This document shows, piece by piece, positions 46,988 to 56,019 of a stretch of DNA of 64,000 nucleotides (the stretch's first letter is position 1; each line of letters begins with the position of its first letter). The stretch lies in contig JBAZXC010000001.1 in the NCBI GenBank assembly GCA_041660065.1, forward strand, positions 8,535-72,534, read 5' to 3'. A program made the translations under genes and the position numbers. The notes under the pieces were generated by a model that made no database searches, was not told the DNA's origin, and saw only the letters and a list, made by a program, of their open reading frames with translations. The stretch is from Parcubacteria group bacterium. Lineage in GTDB: Bacteria > Patescibacteriota > Minisyncoccia > Moranbacterales > GCA-2747515.

Positions 46988-47733
46988 TTTTTTGAAAGAT
47001 TATAGAGGCCTTTGATATGATTCCACCGGATGGCAAAAAGTGCCCAAAACATATTGATTGGATCAAAAAAAAGATTGATGTGGCTTTTGCGCGGGTTACA
47101 GAGTGTAATGGGAAGTTCTTTGATATGTAGATTGAGTTTGCGCGCCAAAAAGATCACTTCAGAATCAAATGCAAACCGTTTAACGGTGGTTTGTGTAAAA
47201 ATGCGCATCGCTGCATTGCGACGAAAAACTTTGAAACCGCACTGTGAATCACGTACCTGCCAATCATGAAGGATGATCGCACGTAAAAATCGGAAAACAA
47301 ACTCCATGATCCTGCGATGAAGTAATATGGGTTCCAAAACATTCAAGCCGGGCACAAAACGCGAAGCGATGGCAATATCAATATCATTTGCATGTATCAC
47401 ATTGATGAACTTCTGCGTTTCTTCAATTGGGATGGCAAGATCGGCATCGAGAAACATGACGAATGTACTGTCGGGACTACTTGCGAGGATGCCTTTTTTT
47501 ACTGCATCACCTTTGCCTGTATTGATAGGGTTATTGATGATCGTCAGCGGAAAGTCTCTGGTGCAACGTTCCAGCTCTGCAGATGTCTCATCCTTTGAGC
47601 CGTCATTGACGGCAATTATTTCAAATTGTGCAAAATGAGATAAGAGATAAGCATGAATTTTTGTGAGATTGCTGTAAATGCTTCGTCCTTCATTGTAGCA
47701 GGGAATGACAACGGAGATCTTTTCATTTTCCAT
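46984..47733 (-). CDS. GT2 polyprenol-phosphate sugar synthase (DPM1-like)
   Basis: [14 protein letters not shown]...EIIAVNDGSKDET...NTGKGDAVKKG...FLDADL. Confidence 0.75.
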   Translation of the reverse strand: MENEKISVVIPCYNEGRSIYSNLTKIHAYLLSHFAQFEIIAVNDGSKDETSAELERCTRDFPLTIINNPINTGKGDAVKKGILASSPDSTFVMFLDADLAIPIEETQKFINVIHANDIDIAIASRFVPGLNVLEPILLHRRIMEFVFRFLRAIILHDWQVRDSQCGFKVFRRNAAMRIFTQTTVKRFAFDSEVIFLARKLNLHIKELPITLCNPRKSHINLFFDPINMFWALFAIRWNHIKGLYNLSKK

Positions 47734-47872
47734 AGAAAAATTAACTTCTTACTAACGATTTATTATAACATAAAATTCTATTTATGTTGAAATATGCAAT
47801 TGATGAAGTATTTATATATACGCATGAAAACGAGTATTTTTTCATTAGGAGAATTGTGCTAGAATAACAGCA

Positions 47873-49468
47873 ATGATTAAAATATCAAATGTGTTTTTTA
47901 TGGTTCAAAAAAACAATCGAACAGTCTTCATGGCGGTTATCGTGATCTTTTGTGTAGCTTTTTTTCTTCGTTTTTATCATATTGATGTGACACCGCCGGG
48001 AATCTACCCTGATGAAGCAGTTAACGGGCAGGATGCGCTCAAGGTGTTGGACGGCGCGCCGTGGCAATGGTTTTATACGGACAATCAGGGGCGAGAAGGG
48101 TTATTTATGAATCTTGTGGCAATGAGTTTTGCACTTTTTGGTGTAAGTGTAATGTCACTCAAATTGCCAGCGATCATCTGTGGATCCTTGACCGTTGTGG
48201 GTACATTCTTTCTTTCACGGGAGATCTTTCGCAGTGATCGCATTGCACTCGTCGCAATGGCGTTCAATGCAGTTGCTTTTACAGCAGTCAATTTTAGCCG
48301 TATCTCATTTCGCGCTAATATGTTGCCACTCGTTTTGGTATGGTCATTTTATTTTCTTTATAAGGGTTTACATTCCCGAAAATATCTCGATTTTGTGATT
48401 GCTGGCGCAATCTTTGGAGTGGGAATGCACACATACATCGCATTTCGGATCGCACCGCTTATCCTTATTTTTTTGTTGCCATTTCTCATACTTGCACGTG
48501 AGAGTTTTTTGCGAGAGTATTGGCGCTTACTTGGCACATTTATGATGAGCTTTTTGATCGTTACTGCCCCGATGTTCTATACGTTTTGGGCGCATCCGGA
48601 ATATTTCGATTCACGGGCGGAACACGTTTTTGTGTTTTCATCCGCGGTCAATCAAGGACATCCGATAAAAATATTTATGAGGAGTTTTTTGCTCAGCGTT
48701 GCCAAATACACTTTTGTCAGTGATTTGAATTGGCGGAATAATTATCCGCCGTATCCGCTTCTCGATCCAGCAACGGGTGCGTTTTTTCTCGGAGGATTCT
48801 TCTATGTGGTTTACAAAAGTGGTCGATCGATTTATCGCCGTGTGAAATATTTTGTGCGAAGTGATGATATGGTCATCTATCCATTTCTTGTATTTTGGTT
48901 CTTTGCGATGCTTGCGCCGGAATTTCTTACGTATGAGAGTAATCCACATGCATTGCGATCGATCGGTGCGCTTCCTATGGTGTATATTACTGCAGCATTG
49001 TGTACCAGTGTATTGTATGAGCATATGTTGCGTGCATATTCCGGGAAAAAGTTTACCATAAGGAAAGCGTTGTTATATGGTGCAATTGTCTTTGCACTGC
49101 TCTTCAATCCGATCAAATATTTCGGATTTTGGGCGTATCATCCGCTTACGGCGATTTATTTTGAAAAGGACATCACGCAATTGGCTCACGATATTCAAAA
49201 GGTTCCCACGGATCGTGACGTGGTGGTGATTTTGGGGAATATGCAACGCGTACCTGTGCGCATGTTCAACTGGGGTAGGCCGAATTACACGGACTTTAAT
49301 CCGTTTGAGCTGGATAAGATCGTCTTATCTGATCCGCACAATACAACATTTTTCTTTTCTGATTTTCACAAGGAGGAGATCCTTGCAAAACTTATGGCGC
49401 AGTACCCGTATATGCAATTGCATGAGGTGGTAAATGATATAGGACAGAAGTATTATGTCTTGCAATGA
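47873..49468 (+). CDS. GT-C fold polytopic membrane glycosyltransferase (PMT/ArnT-like)
   Basis: ~12 TM helices. First extracytoplasmic loop IYPDEAVNGQDAL (acidic DE motif) followed by the long hydrophobic core. Confidence 0.5.
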   Translation: MIKISNVFFMVQKNNRTVFMAVIVIFCVAFFLRFYHIDVTPPGIYPDEAVNGQDALKVLDGAPWQWFYTDNQGREGLFMNLVAMSFALFGVSVMSLKLPAIICGSLTVVGTFFLSREIFRSDRIALVAMAFNAVAFTAVNFSRISFRANMLPLVLVWSFYFLYKGLHSRKYLDFVIAGAIFGVGMHTYIAFRIAPLILIFLLPFLILARESFLREYWRLLGTFMMSFLIVTAPMFYTFWAHPEYFDSRAEHVFVFSSAVNQGHPIKIFMRSFLLSVAKYTFVSDLNWRNNYPPYPLLDPATGAFFLGGFFYVVYKSGRSIYRRVKYFVRSDDMVIYPFLVFWFFAMLAPEFLTYESNPHALRSIGALPMVYITAALCTSVLYEHMLRAYSGKKFTIRKALLYGAIVFALLFNPIKYFGFWAYHPLTAIYFEKDITQLAHDIQKVPTDRDVVVILGNMQRVPVRMFNWGRPNYTDFNPFELDKIVLSDPHNTTFFFSDFHKEEILAKLMAQYPYMQLHEVVNDIGQKYYVLQ

Positions 49469-49493
49469 TTCTAAGGCGTGATATGCTGGAAGT

Positions 49494-49532
49494 AGTTAAA
49501 GAGTTAACGAATTAGTGAATTAACGAATTTCA
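49494..49532. promoter_or_regulatory. TTAACGA-type box array upstream of the GtrB-like gene
   Basis: GTTAAAGAGTTAACGAATTAGTGAATTAACGAATTT. Confidence 0.4.
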
Positions 49533-49555
49533 GTATTGAGCTGAAAAATATCGAT

Positions 49556-50506
49556 ATGGATAACAACAATAGTGTAAAAGTAGATGTTTCTGTGGTGGTG
49601 CCACTGTATAATGAAGAGGGTAATGTGCGTGAATTACATAAGAAGATCGTGGATGCATGTAATGCGCTGGGAAAGACGTGTGAGGTCATTTTTGTAGATG
49701 ATGGATCAAGTGATGGGACGGTTGCGCAGTGCGCAGATCTGTCGCCATTGACATTGATTCGGTTGCGAAAGAATTTTGGTCAGACGGCGGCATTTGATGC
49801 AGGATTCAAGCAGGCACAGGGTAGGGTGATCGTAACTATGGATGGTGACCTGCAAAATGATCCGACAGATATTGTAACGATCCTCGCAAAGATGGATGAG
49901 GGGTATGATGTTGTCTCAGGATGGCGGTTTGAACGCAAGGATCCACTTAGTAAAAAGATCTTTTCTCGTGGTGCCGACAAACTGCGCAAGATCCTTCTCA
50001 AGGATTCAATCCATGATTCCGGTTGCAGTCTCAAAGCATATAATGCCGAGGCACTCAAAAGTGTGGATCTTTTTGGGGAGATGCATCGATTTATTCCAGC
50101 ACTTTTGGAGTTGGATGGGTACACGGTTGGCGAGGTAAAAGTCAGTCATCATCCGCGCATACACGGAGTGACAAAATATAATTGGAAACGTTCAGTCAAG
50201 GGATTGGTGGATATGATCTCGATCTGGTTTTGGCGAAAGTATGCATCGCGACCTCTGCATTTTTTTGGTGGAAGCGGGATCATTTTGATCGGACTTGGCT
50301 TTGTAATTCTTATGTGGATGGCTATGGAAAAGATTTTTCTTGATGCGTCGATTTCTGACCGCATTTGGCCACTCATGGGTGTATTTTCCATCATACTTGG
50401 TGTGCAATTCTTTGCATTTGGTCTTTTGGCGGATATTGTGATCAAAACGTACTATAAAGCGCGTGGACGCATGAATTACACGGTGCGAAATACGACAACA
50501 AAATAG
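49556..50506 (+). CDS. polyprenol-phosphate glycosyltransferase (GtrB/ArnC-like GT2 with two C-terminal TM helices)
   Basis: VSVVVPLYNEEGNV, VIFVDDGSSDGT, RKNFGQTAAFDAGF, MDGDLQNDP. C-terminal hydrophobic pair. Confidence 0.85.
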   Translation: MDNNNSVKVDVSVVVPLYNEEGNVRELHKKIVDACNALGKTCEVIFVDDGSSDGTVAQCADLSPLTLIRLRKNFGQTAAFDAGFKQAQGRVIVTMDGDLQNDPTDIVTILAKMDEGYDVVSGWRFERKDPLSKKIFSRGADKLRKILLKDSIHDSGCSLKAYNAEALKSVDLFGEMHRFIPALLELDGYTVGEVKVSHHPRIHGVTKYNWKRSVKGLVDMISIWFWRKYASRPLHFFGGSGIILIGLGFVILMWMAMEKIFLDASISDRIWPLMGVFSIILGVQFFAFGLLADIVIKTYYKARGRMNYTVRNTTTK

Positions 50507-50623
50507 CATTTTGCGCGTTTTTGTGATTTGTTCTATACTGAGCGGAGTTCTTTAAATGACTAAAGATCATGTATATTTTTGTTCTTCATGCGATATATCC
50601 ATACAAGATAAAGGAGAGAAAAA

Positions 50624-51937
50624 ATGAAGATCGTGATGATAGGAGCGGGATATGTTGGATTGGTGACGGGCGCATGTTTCGCAGAATTTGGCCATGACGT
50701 AAAATGTGTGGACACTGATGAGGACAAGATCGCACAGATCTTGCGCGGTGAAATGCCGATCTTTGAGCCGGGATTGGAAGATCTGGTAAAAAAGAATATT
50801 GCGCAAAAACGCCTGGGATTTGTTACTGATATGGCGCTTGTCGTGCCGGAAGCTGATGCGGTTTTTATCGCCGTTGGGACGCCGAGTAGTCGTCGTGGCG
50901 ATGGTCATGCGGATCTGAGTTATGTTTATGATGCGGCGCGCAATATTGCAAAATATCTGCAGGGCTATACGGTTGTTGTTAACAAAAGTACGGTGCCGGT
51001 TGGCACAGCGGTGCAAGTAAAGCGGATCATTGGTGAGGTTGCGCCACAAGTACGCTGTGATGTTGCATCAAATCCGGAATTTCTGCGCGAAGGGGCGGCA
51101 ATCAAGGATTTCATGCATCCTGACAGAATTGTGATCGGTGTGGATTCCGATCAAGCAGAACAATATCTGCGTATGGTCTATAAACCGATCAATTTGACAG
51201 AAACCCCTTTATCGGTAGTGGACATTGCCACTGCAGAAATGATCAAGTATTCTGCCAACGCTTTTTTAGCCGTCAAGGTCAGTTTTATCAATGAGATCGC
51301 GCGACTGTGTGATGAAGTTGGTGCTGATGTGGTGAAGGTTGCAAAAGGCATCGGCATGGATAGACGGATCGGTAAAAAATTTCTCCATCCCGGACCCGGA
51401 TATGGTGGATCGTGTTTCCCCAAAGATGCAAAGGCACTTTGTGCTATTGCGCAGGAACATGGTGTGCCCTTGCGGATCGTTGGAGCGGCAATCGAGGCAA
51501 ATAACTCTCAGAAAGCGCTCATGGTCAAAAAGATCCGTGATGCGCTTGGCGGAAGTGAAGCAGGTAAAAGGATTGCGATCCTTGGATTGGCATTTAAACC
51601 GGATACAGATGACATGCGGGACGCACCGGTATTGACGATCATTCCCGCGCTTGTGGAGAAGGGAGCGATCATTTATGCGCATGATCCGCAGGCGATGATA
51701 GAGGCAAAAAAGTATCTGCCTTGGGAGGTTGAGTATTATCCGGATCCCTATGAAACATGCAGGGGTGCACATGCTGTTGTGATTATGACCGAGTGGAATG
51801 AGTTTCGGGCGTTGGATCTGGAACGTTTACGTTTGTCTATGGAACCGGATCCGGTTTTTATTGACTTGCGTAATGTCTATGTGCCAAACGATGTGCGGAT
51901 GTATGATTTCCGTTATGTCGGTGTTGGGCGCAATTAA
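50624..51937 (+). CDS. ugd: UDP-glucose 6-dehydrogenase
   Basis: MKIVMIGAGYVGLVTGACFAEFGHDVKCVDTDEDKI, GGSCFPKD, LGLAFKPDTDDMRDAP. Confidence 0.9.
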   Translation: MKIVMIGAGYVGLVTGACFAEFGHDVKCVDTDEDKIAQILRGEMPIFEPGLEDLVKKNIAQKRLGFVTDMALVVPEADAVFIAVGTPSSRRGDGHADLSYVYDAARNIAKYLQGYTVVVNKSTVPVGTAVQVKRIIGEVAPQVRCDVASNPEFLREGAAIKDFMHPDRIVIGVDSDQAEQYLRMVYKPINLTETPLSVVDIATAEMIKYSANAFLAVKVSFINEIARLCDEVGADVVKVAKGIGMDRRIGKKFLHPGPGYGGSCFPKDAKALCAIAQEHGVPLRIVGAAIEANNSQKALMVKKIRDALGGSEAGKRIAILGLAFKPDTDDMRDAPVLTIIPALVEKGAIIYAHDPQAMIEAKKYLPWEVEYYPDPYETCRGAHAVVIMTEWNEFRALDLERLRLSMEPDPVFIDLRNVYVPNDVRMYDFRYVGVGRN

Positions 51938-51955
51938 GTGTTTATCCTCTACAAT

Positions 51956-51997
51956 TACCGAGAACTGCAATGGCAGTTTTCGGTAATTTTTTTTTCA
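51956..51997 (+). terminator. rho-independent terminator after ugd
   Basis: TTACCGAGAACTGC-aatg-GCAGTTTTCGGTAA followed by T9. Confidence 0.6.
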
Positions 51998-52012
51998 TGT
52001 ATAATGTATAAT

Positions 52013-53170
52013 ATGAAAAAAGTATTGTTTTTCAATTACGAATACCCGCCTCTTGGCGGTGGTGCGGCCAATGCGACCAAATATATCTTGCGGGAATATG
52101 CGCGTAGCAATGATGTGTCGGTTGACCTCATCACATCGTCGATTGGTCGGAAATATCACAGTGAACATATCGGCGGGCAGATCACGATCCATTTTTTGCC
52201 GATTGGCAAAAAAGAGGGACAATTGAATTATCAGACCAAATGGCAATTGATCACATATACATGGAGAGCATATTTTTTTGCGCGCAAACTGATGCACAAA
52301 AATGTGTATGATCTGACGCATAGTTTTTTCGGTGTGCCATGCGGTGTGATTTCTCTTCTCATTAAAAAGCAATACAAAATTCCTTACGTTGTATCTTTGC
52401 GTGGTGCGGATGTGCCGGGGTATAGTGAGCGATTTATGAACTTGTATAGTATTTTGACTCCGGTCATTCATTACGTGTGGCGAGAGGCAAAATATGTAGT
52501 GACAAATAGTAGGGGACTTACGGAATTGGCGCGAAAAAGTGCACCAGAGCAAAAATTTCTTCAGATCGCCAATGGTGTTGATACGCATTTCTATACGCCG
52601 GGCTTGCGCACTCTCGCTGATCGCAAAAAGGAATTCCGCATCCTTTTAGCGTCGCGGCTCTCTCGGAGAAAGGGGTTTAACTATGCGATTGACGCGTTTG
52701 TGGAACTTTTTGATCTGTATCCGCATATCCGCATGCGCATTGCTGGCGGCGAGGGAAATGCCATGGAAGAATTAAAGGCGCAGGTAAAAAAATATCGCTT
52801 GGACGGGCGCGTGGTATTTACCGGATTATATACAAAAGATCAATCGCCACAAATTTACTGTGATGCGGATGTATTTGTCATGCCATCGCTTAACGAAGGG
52901 ATGAGCAATAATTTGCTGGAAGCTCTTGCTGCGGGATTACCTGTTCTGATGACGCCGACAGGCGGGGCGGAGGAGCTGGTACGCGACGGAGAGAACGGCT
53001 ATCTCATCAAAATGCATGATGTGGCATCAATTGTTGAGAAATTGAAGATCCTTATCGAAAATCCGGAGGTGTGTGACGGATTTGGTCATGCGAGCCGCAC
53101 AATTGCCGAACAAATGAGTTGGGAACACGTTGCAGAACAATATAAACATCTGTATCACACAATGTCATGA
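52013..53170 (+). CDS. glycosyltransferase, GT4 family
   Basis: MKKVLFFNYEYPPLGGGAANA, C-terminal NEGMSNNLLEALAAGLPVLMTPTGGAEELV. The listed ORF start at 51938 lies inside the terminator; ATG is at 52013. Confidence 0.75.
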   Translation: MKKVLFFNYEYPPLGGGAANATKYILREYARSNDVSVDLITSSIGRKYHSEHIGGQITIHFLPIGKKEGQLNYQTKWQLITYTWRAYFFARKLMHKNVYDLTHSFFGVPCGVISLLIKKQYKIPYVVSLRGADVPGYSERFMNLYSILTPVIHYVWREAKYVVTNSRGLTELARKSAPEQKFLQIANGVDTHFYTPGLRTLADRKKEFRILLASRLSRRKGFNYAIDAFVELFDLYPHIRMRIAGGEGNAMEELKAQVKKYRLDGRVVFTGLYTKDQSPQIYCDADVFVMPSLNEGMSNNLLEALAAGLPVLMTPTGGAEELVRDGENGYLIKMHDVASIVEKLKILIENPEVCDGFGHASRTIAEQMSWEHVAEQYKHLYHTMS

Positions 53171-54117
53171 AAAAACGCATCAAAAAATACATAAAGATCA
53201 TGGGAAAGATTTTTATAACCGGTGTCCTGGTTTATTTCTTGGTGAGAAATGTCGATTGGGCGGAAGTTTGGGGATATTTTCTTTCAATGGATCCGTGGCT
53301 TGTTATAGTATCCATAGTCTTTTATATTGGCGGACTTATGATCAGCGCGCAAAAATGGCGCGTTTTGGCCAGACATCTTTCTTTTGAGAAGGACTTTCTT
53401 TTTTATATGCAGACATATATATTTGGGACATTTTTGAATAATTTTTTCCCGTCATTCGTAGGGGGTGATACCTATCGAACATTTGCGCTTGGCAAAAAAG
53501 AAAAAAGGCTGAAAGCCGCTTCTGCGACCGTTGTTGTTGATCGCATCTCAGGATTATTTGGCACGATCATTCTGGCTGTTTTATGCAGTGCTTTCAGTAT
53601 GCGAGAGATCATGTATGGTGTCGTCGTTTTTTGGATAGTGTGCGGTTTCAGTGCCTTCTTGGCAGTTAGCGGTTTTTTGATCATTTTTTATCATGCAAAA
53701 TATGTGCAAGCTGTCATGCGTTGTATGCCACGCTATGTGATCGCGTATGTAAATATTTTGTTACGCTTTCGCAGGCGTCATATTGGAGCGATGTCACTCT
53801 TATATGTTTTTGCCTTTGCCTTTGTGGGTGTTGCATGTGCAAATTACACGCTTTTTCTCGCAATGGGCGTACAGTTGTCTTTTGTTAATTTTATAAGCGT
53901 TGTTTTTCTTACAAATATTATTGCTGCTGCGCCAATAAGTATCGGCAATATTGGTACGAAGGAGTGGGCATATGTTTTTTTGTTTGGATTGTTTGGTGTT
54001 TCCAGCAGTGCGGCAGTCGCTGTTGTGCTTTTGTCTCGTGTGATACAGATGATGATTAGCTTTGCCGGGATTCCATTTTTTTTGCAAGAGAGGAAAAAGA
54101 TGCAGGAGGGGATTTGA
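53167..54117 (+). CDS. flippase-like / lysylphosphatidylglycerol-synthase-TM-region family membrane protein (UPF0104)
   Basis: 8 TM. N-terminal KKYIKIMGKIFITGVLVYFLVRNVDW, GDTYRTFALGKKE loop. Confidence 0.65.
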   Translation: MKKRIKKYIKIMGKIFITGVLVYFLVRNVDWAEVWGYFLSMDPWLVIVSIVFYIGGLMISAQKWRVLARHLSFEKDFLFYMQTYIFGTFLNNFFPSFVGGDTYRTFALGKKEKRLKAASATVVVDRISGLFGTIILAVLCSAFSMREIMYGVVVFWIVCGFSAFLAVSGFLIIFYHAKYVQAVMRCMPRYVIAYVNILLRFRRRHIGAMSLLYVFAFAFVGVACANYTLFLAMGVQLSFVNFISVVFLTNIIAAAPISIGNIGTKEWAYVFLFGLFGVSSSAAVAVVLLSRVIQMMISFAGIPFFLQERKKMQEGI

Positions 54118-54207
54118 CAATTTACGAGAGAAAGCGTACGTTATCGTGTAGCTGTAAGTTCATTTATTATTGTATAACAAAAATCGTAGGTCGGAGATGC
54201 TCGTGCG

Positions 54208-54642
54208 TTGATTCTACAAAAACACACACGGAGGATACTATGGGGAAAAAATAGGCGTTTTTGTGTAGGAGATGTAATTGCAAATGGTGCAGATCCGCGA
54301 CAGAAGAATTTCTGTTGCGGGAGCATTCGGTCTTTTGCGGATGAGGGCTATTGGGTTACAACGCCAGGCGGTGTTGGAGCTGGTACTGTCAGAGTGACAG
54401 ACAAGGATGCGATCGATCTTACTGTGATTCTTTTGGAAAATTGTGACGTTGAGATTATCGCAGACATTCGCTATCTCAACAGAGATCATAAATTGTTTTT
54501 TGGCGGTGTTGTTGACCAAAAATTTTCCTCTCCTGGTAGAGTTTGTATTGCAAATGCTTATGGGAGTGCATACATTGATCGTGCGCATGCCATTGGAGGA
54601 CAGGAAGCAATGCATATGATCTTTGGACGATGTCCGCGTTGA
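54208..54642 (+). CDS. hypothetical protein with non-ATG start (coding status uncertain)
   Basis: Gene-like codon usage, but no in-frame ATG before the last 12 codons (TTG at 54208). Followed by a strong terminator. Confidence 0.25.
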   Translation: MILQKHTRRILWGKNRRFCVGDVIANGADPRQKNFCCGSIRSFADEGYWVTTPGGVGAGTVRVTDKDAIDLTVILLENCDVEIIADIRYLNRDHKLFFGGVVDQKFSSPGRVCIANAYGSAYIDRAHAIGGQEAMHMIFGRCPR

Positions 54643-54657
54643 TTTTTTGTAAATATC

Positions 54658-54693
54658 AAACCAGTCATAGAAATTGTATGACTGGTTTTTTTG
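54658..54693 (+). terminator. rho-independent terminator
   Basis: AAACCAGTCATA-gaaattg-TATGACTGGTTT followed by TTTTT. Confidence 0.65.
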
Positions 54694-54742
54694 TGATATA
54701 ATCGTTGTGTAATAAAAAATAATCATTAAACAAAAAAACAAT

Positions 54743-55024
54743 ATGAAAAGCGGACACTATATGGCGATCTTTATTGTGATCGTTGTGATCGTTGCCGGCG
54801 CGATCATTTTTAATGCGCGAACGATCAATGATATTCCTAATGATGTGGCAACGATAAAGTCGCAACCAGAACAAAATGGGAAAGATGTTGTGGCAGAGCA
54901 AAAACCGATCAATGTCATGAAGGATGCTGATATAGAATTTGATGCAGAAGATACAGCTACTGATGAGAGTGTGGATTTCAGCGATGTGGAGAATGTGATG
55001 CCAGAAGAAAATGTTGCATTTTAA
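54743..55024 (+). CDS. small membrane-anchored acidic protein, hypothetical
   Basis: N-terminal TM MAIFIVIVVIVAGAIIF. Asp/Glu-rich C-terminus. Confidence 0.4.
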   Translation: MKSGHYMAIFIVIVVIVAGAIIFNARTINDIPNDVATIKSQPEQNGKDVVAEQKPINVMKDADIEFDAEDTATDESVDFSDVENVMPEENVAF

Positions 55025-55053
55025 TAGATCATTCAATTATTAAAAAATATTAT

Positions 55054-55920
55054 ATGAAAAAAACAATTATCATATCGGGCATTGCATTTTCGGCAATTAT
55101 TGCAACGCAATCCGTGTATGCTGTTGCCGGCAATGCTGATGATCGTGCCGCTATGCGTGCAGACAAGCAAACAGAAATCGCCGATAAGAAGGCAGACAAG
55201 CAAACAGAAATCGCAGACAAGAAAGCGGAAAAGATCTGCAATAGGATCACCGCGCGCGTTGAGAATATGCGAGAAAAAACGGTAAATCGAGAGCAATTGG
55301 GATTGGAAAAAGTCACTGAGAAATTGGCACAGGTCAAAGAGCGACGTACCGTACGGCATGAAGAATTGGTACAACGTCGTGCGATGCGCGATGCACAACG
55401 CCAAAAATTCTATGACGCACTCATGACACAGGCGACAACTGCAGAGCAAAAAGAAGCGGTGAAGCATTTTGAAACAACGATAGAAGATGCAGTGACAGTG
55501 CGTCGTGCCGCAATCGATTTGGCGACCAAAAATATGCAAGATGCTGTGGATGCACTTGTTGTAGAGAAGCAAAATACAATTGAAAAATTGTTTGCAGATT
55601 ACAAGACATCGGAGGAGGCGGCATTTGCAAAAGCGGAAAGCGCATGCAGCGATACATCGACAGAAACGGATCTCAAATCAATTGCAAAGACATTGAATGC
55701 GGAGTTAAAAGACGCACGAGAAACCTTTAAAGCCGGAGTTCGTGAAACACGCACGATGGGTACAGAAATTCAAAAACTTGCAGAGACCAAGAGAGTGGCT
55801 GTGCAAACAGCAGTCAACGCATTCAAAGAAGTCGTGCAACAAGCACGCATTGAATTGCAAAAAGTATTTGGCGGAACGATCAATGTGGATACTGATACCG
55901 ATATGGAAGCAGGTGAATAG
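55054..55920 (+). CDS. secreted alpha-helical (coiled-coil-like) protein with signal peptide and a tandem 33-bp repeat (ADKQTEIADKK x2, 55159-55224)
   Basis: Signal peptide MKKTIIISGIAFSAIIATQSVYA. A/E/K/Q-rich heptad-like sequence. Confidence 0.5.
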   Translation: MKKTIIISGIAFSAIIATQSVYAVAGNADDRAAMRADKQTEIADKKADKQTEIADKKAEKICNRITARVENMREKTVNREQLGLEKVTEKLAQVKERRTVRHEELVQRRAMRDAQRQKFYDALMTQATTAEQKEAVKHFETTIEDAVTVRRAAIDLATKNMQDAVDALVVEKQNTIEKLFADYKTSEEAAFAKAESACSDTSTETDLKSIAKTLNAELKDARETFKAGVRETRTMGTEIQKLAETKRVAVQTAVNAFKEVVQQARIELQKVFGGTINVDTDTDMEAGE

Positions 55921-55933
55921 ATCATTGTGAACA

Positions 55934-55980
55934 ATGCCCAAACCCTTGTCTTTTCAACGGTTTGGGCATTTTGTATTTTA
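55934..55980 (+). terminator. rho-independent terminator
   Basis: ATGCCCAAACC...GGTTTGGGCAT followed by TTTGTATTTT. Confidence 0.6.
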
Positions 55981-56019
55981 TGGGAAATACAGAAAAATAT
56001 TGTTTTTATAATAAGTATT

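Noticed and set aside
51938-52012. GT4 start at 51938 (listed ORF start)
   Set aside because: That stretch contains the ugd intrinsic terminator hairpin and T9 tract. The conserved GT4 N-terminus begins at the ATG at 52013.
54238-54741. Minus-strand 167-aa ORF opposite 54208..54642
   Set aside because: Low-complexity translation with no motifs. It would run through the plus-strand terminator hairpin. The plus-strand frame has more gene-like codon composition, though that too is uncertain.
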